Source of the DNA: Lama guanicoe
Lineage: Eukaryota
Direction: 5' to 3'
NCBI GenBank assembly: GCA_013239625.1
Contig: MU054338.1
Span: 2,916,977-2,980,976, forward strand
DNA length: 64,000 nt
Positions 60,866 through 64,000 of the stretch are shown piece after piece. The notes under the pieces were generated by a model, which did no database searches, had not been told where the DNA came from, and worked only from the letters and a program-made list of their open reading frames with translations. Position 1 is the stretch's first letter. Every line of letters begins with the position of its first letter. Both the position numbers and the translations under genes were made by a program.

Positions 60866-62210
60866 ACCCCTCTATAGCTCCCTGGTGCCCTTGAAATGAA
60901 GTCCCCTCTCTTTCATCTCTGCCTCTGGGCATGTGCACATGATGTTCTCTCTGCCTGGAACACCGTCTTCCTGCTCCCAGTAACCTGGTGAATGCATTCA
61001 TCAGGTCTCGGACACCTCCTCCAGGAAGACTTCCCAGATCAGCCCAGATTGACTTCCTCCAGGCTCCTGCCTGCCAGTGCATTGCCCATAAGCAACCTGA
61101 TCAGCCTATCTTCCAAACGCCTTGTTAACTGTTCGTCTTCCCCACTGGACTTTGAGCCCCTGGAGAGGCCAAGACTGAGTCTGTCTTGGCCACCACTGTG
61201 TCCCCACCACCCAGCACAAGGCCTGGCATACAGTAGAAGCTCAATAAATAATAAAAACAAACACCAAGCACTTGTTATGTGCCAGGCACTGTCAGAAGAA
61301 CTTAAATTAACTCACTTAATTCGCATAACACACTCAAGAGGTGGGTCCTGTGAATATGCCCCCTACACAGAAGGGGAAACTGAGGCACAGAGAGGTGAAG
61401 TCATTTGCTCAAATGGAAATGGTGGAGCTGAGACTGAAACCCACTCAATTAACAGTAGTTATTTTGACAATCATGCAGAACTGAACCCCACATGCTATTC
61501 TTGTGGAGTCTGGGCTGCTTTGGGACCAACCCACTGCCCCTGGCCTCAATTTACCCCCTGACCTGGGGTTATCAGAAGCCTCAGCACCTCCCCCACCTCC
61601 CCCAGACCATCTGCTTCTCTCCCTGAAACTCGAGGCGCCTCTGCCAGCAGCCGCCTGGCGCCCGCCTGCCTGGATGTGGCCCCACCACCTGCCCCAGCAC
61701 CTGGCCACTGGGAGCCGCCCCCTGGGGCCGGGTTGGGGGAGCCACGTGGCCGGCGTGTGCACCCCACGGTGTGCAGGGCACCCTGCGCCCACATGTCTGC
61801 GTGCCTGCGAAGGGGGGTGTGGCTCCTGCCTGCAGCCCGGGGATGTGCATTCATGTCCAAGGGGGCGGGAGGGATGGTCTGAAGGAGACAGAGATCCAGC
61901 CCCTACCCAGGAGGACTCTCTGCCTGACCTCGTGACCATCACTCCAAGTCTTGGCACACAGACCCACTGCACAGATGTGGAACCTGAGGCAGAGATGGCC
62001 ACTCCCTGCAGGCCACCCCTCTTCCCCCTCCCACCCCCCTTCCCAGGCACCATGCGGCCCTAGCTGCTAGCACTTCACCACAGTTCGATTTCCCTTCAGG
62101 AACGTTTCTCCCACCCGGCACTGCTTCAGGCCAGGGTGTCTGGGCTACTCCTGGCGCCCCCAGTGCTCCAGCATAAACTTGAGGATCAGCTGGTAAGTTC
62201 CAGAACGAAC

Positions 62211-62241
62211 AACATAAAACATAAAACATAAAACATAAAAC
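62211..62241 (+). repeat. (AAAACAT)n short tandem repeat
   Basis: aacataaaacataaaacataaaacataaaac. Confidence 0.8.
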
Positions 62242-64000
62242 CTGTTGACTGGCAGGCTCCCTGTCTCAGCTGATGGCTCAGGCCACACCTGGGAGTCATC
62301 CCCCAGCTCCCTCCCTCACTCCCCCTACTTCCCCCGCCTCATTCTCTCACCCTCACGTCCAGTGCCAGCAAGTCTGGTGGAGTCTGCCAGATTCATCCGG
62401 AAGTCTTACCTCTTAACAGTCTGCTCCCTGGTTAGCTCTCAGCATCTCCTGCCTGGACCCCACAGTTCCCTCCACCCCTCTCCTCAGCTCCCACCCTTGC
62501 CCCCAGTCTGTCCTCCCCTTAGCAGCCACCAGAGGGCAACTGTGAGCACCTGAGTCAAGCCTGGACCCTCTGCCCACAGCCCTCCAGGGCTCCCACCTCC
62601 CTGCTGTAAAAGCTCAAGTCCTCGCCATGGCCCACAAGGTCCAACAGAACCTGCTCTGCCCCTTCCCTGCCTTCACCCCCCGACACCTCACTCTGTTCCA
62701 GCCACACAGGCCTCCTTGCTGTTCCTCCAACAGACCAGGCCTGGTCTTGCCCCAGAGCCTTTGCACTGGCTGTTCCTCACTCCTGAAAGCCTCCTCTCGC
62801 AGATTCCCATGTGGCTCCCTCCTTATTTCAGGTCTCCACCCCCACCTGCCGGACTCCAGAAATCTCTCGCCTTCCCATGCACCCCCCACACCCAGTGTCC
62901 AGTGTTACCCTCTCTGTTACTCCGAATATGGTCTTCAGATCAGTGGCAGCAGCAGCCCCACTTGGGGGCAGTTAGGAATGCTGAGTCCTGTGCCCACCCC
63001 AACCAGAGCCTGTGTTTTAGGCAGGAGAACCCTGAGAAGCCTGGCTCACGCGTGGAGCTCCCCAAAGCAAATAACCCCCTATCTGCCCTCCTGGAAGTGT
63101 GAGCGCCATGAGGGCAGGCCTGGGTGCGTCTCGGCCAGCAGCACGTCCCCACGGCACCCGGCACACTGTCAGTGCTCCATAATGGCTTGCCGCCGCGAGT
63201 GAACGAGCGAAGTGTCAACATCAGCAGTCGAACAAAGAGCTGACCTCTCCCCGCTGGTTCACGTTAGCCCGTCACCTCTGCAGTGTGCACGTGGGTCCAC
63301 AGGCCAGTGGGGCCCCCCATGAGTGCCCGTGGGCCCTGACATCTTTGTGTTCGCACGTAGCCACAGATGCAACCCCAGCACACGTGTGTGCCTGTGTGCA
63401 CATGTGTGCACACACCTGTAGCGTGTCAAAGCCTGTATCCCACCCCCACCGAAGCTGCTGCCCGCACCCCCGACTGATGCCTTTCTGGCCAGGACCTCAG
63501 TTAACTGTGGGCACCAGGCTGCCCAAACCCACGTCTACCCACCCTCCCGCTGTGCTTCGTTAAGTCCCACTGGTGGGCTGGGGAAACAGGCCCGGCGTGA
63601 GGGCTGGACACACAGTAGTGTCAGCTACGAGCCCCAGCTTGGCAGCTTAGTTTCCGGAATCGTCTGGCCCAGGTTCTAATTCGATCTCCGCCTCTTAGCA
63701 GCCACCAGACCCCAACGGTCACGTCCTCCGTCTCAGCTTGGGGTGGTCTCCATTTGTAAACGCAGGTGACTGTAGGTCCAACCCTAAAATGTTACTGTGA
63801 AGGCGAAGGGACATAACCTAGACAAGGACAGGAAACCACGCCCATGTACATGTGGTTTCAAATTTCCTGGTGGCCACATGCAAAAGGTGAAATTCACTTC
63901 AATAATATGTTTCATTTAGGCCAGCAGATCCCAAATACTGTGATTTCTACCTGTCATCAACACACACGCGGTTAACGAGGCGTCCTCCACACTGCTGCTG

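Overview
Eukaryotic (mammalian) GC-rich, gene-dense DNA. It is probably from a camelid, inferred from short tRNA-derived vic-1-like SINEs. Gene order matches the human 19p13.3 block: the 3' 13 exons of HDGFL2 (+), then PLIN4, PLIN5, LRG1 and SEMA6B (all -). All coding exons were traced by GT-AG boundaries with consistent phase, except that a 410-N assembly gap interrupts the last SEMA6B exon. Introns and intergenic DNA carry L1, L2, MIR, MER20, MLT1 and SINE copies. No prokaryote-type system (CRISPR, operon) is present, and I found no convincing wholly new gene. Most notable: (1) an HDGFL2 intron keeps an in-frame counterpart of the human TDP-43-repressed cryptic exon next to a ~270-nt UG tract; (2) the PLIN4 amphipathic-helix exon has ~18 identical 99-bp units carrying a Q>L variant; (3) HDGFL2 and PLIN4 appear to share an overlapping bidirectional poly(A) module; (4) PLIN5 has ACMCLD in place of the conserved ACRGLD motif; (5) one TSD-flanked L1 has an internal duplication and deletion.
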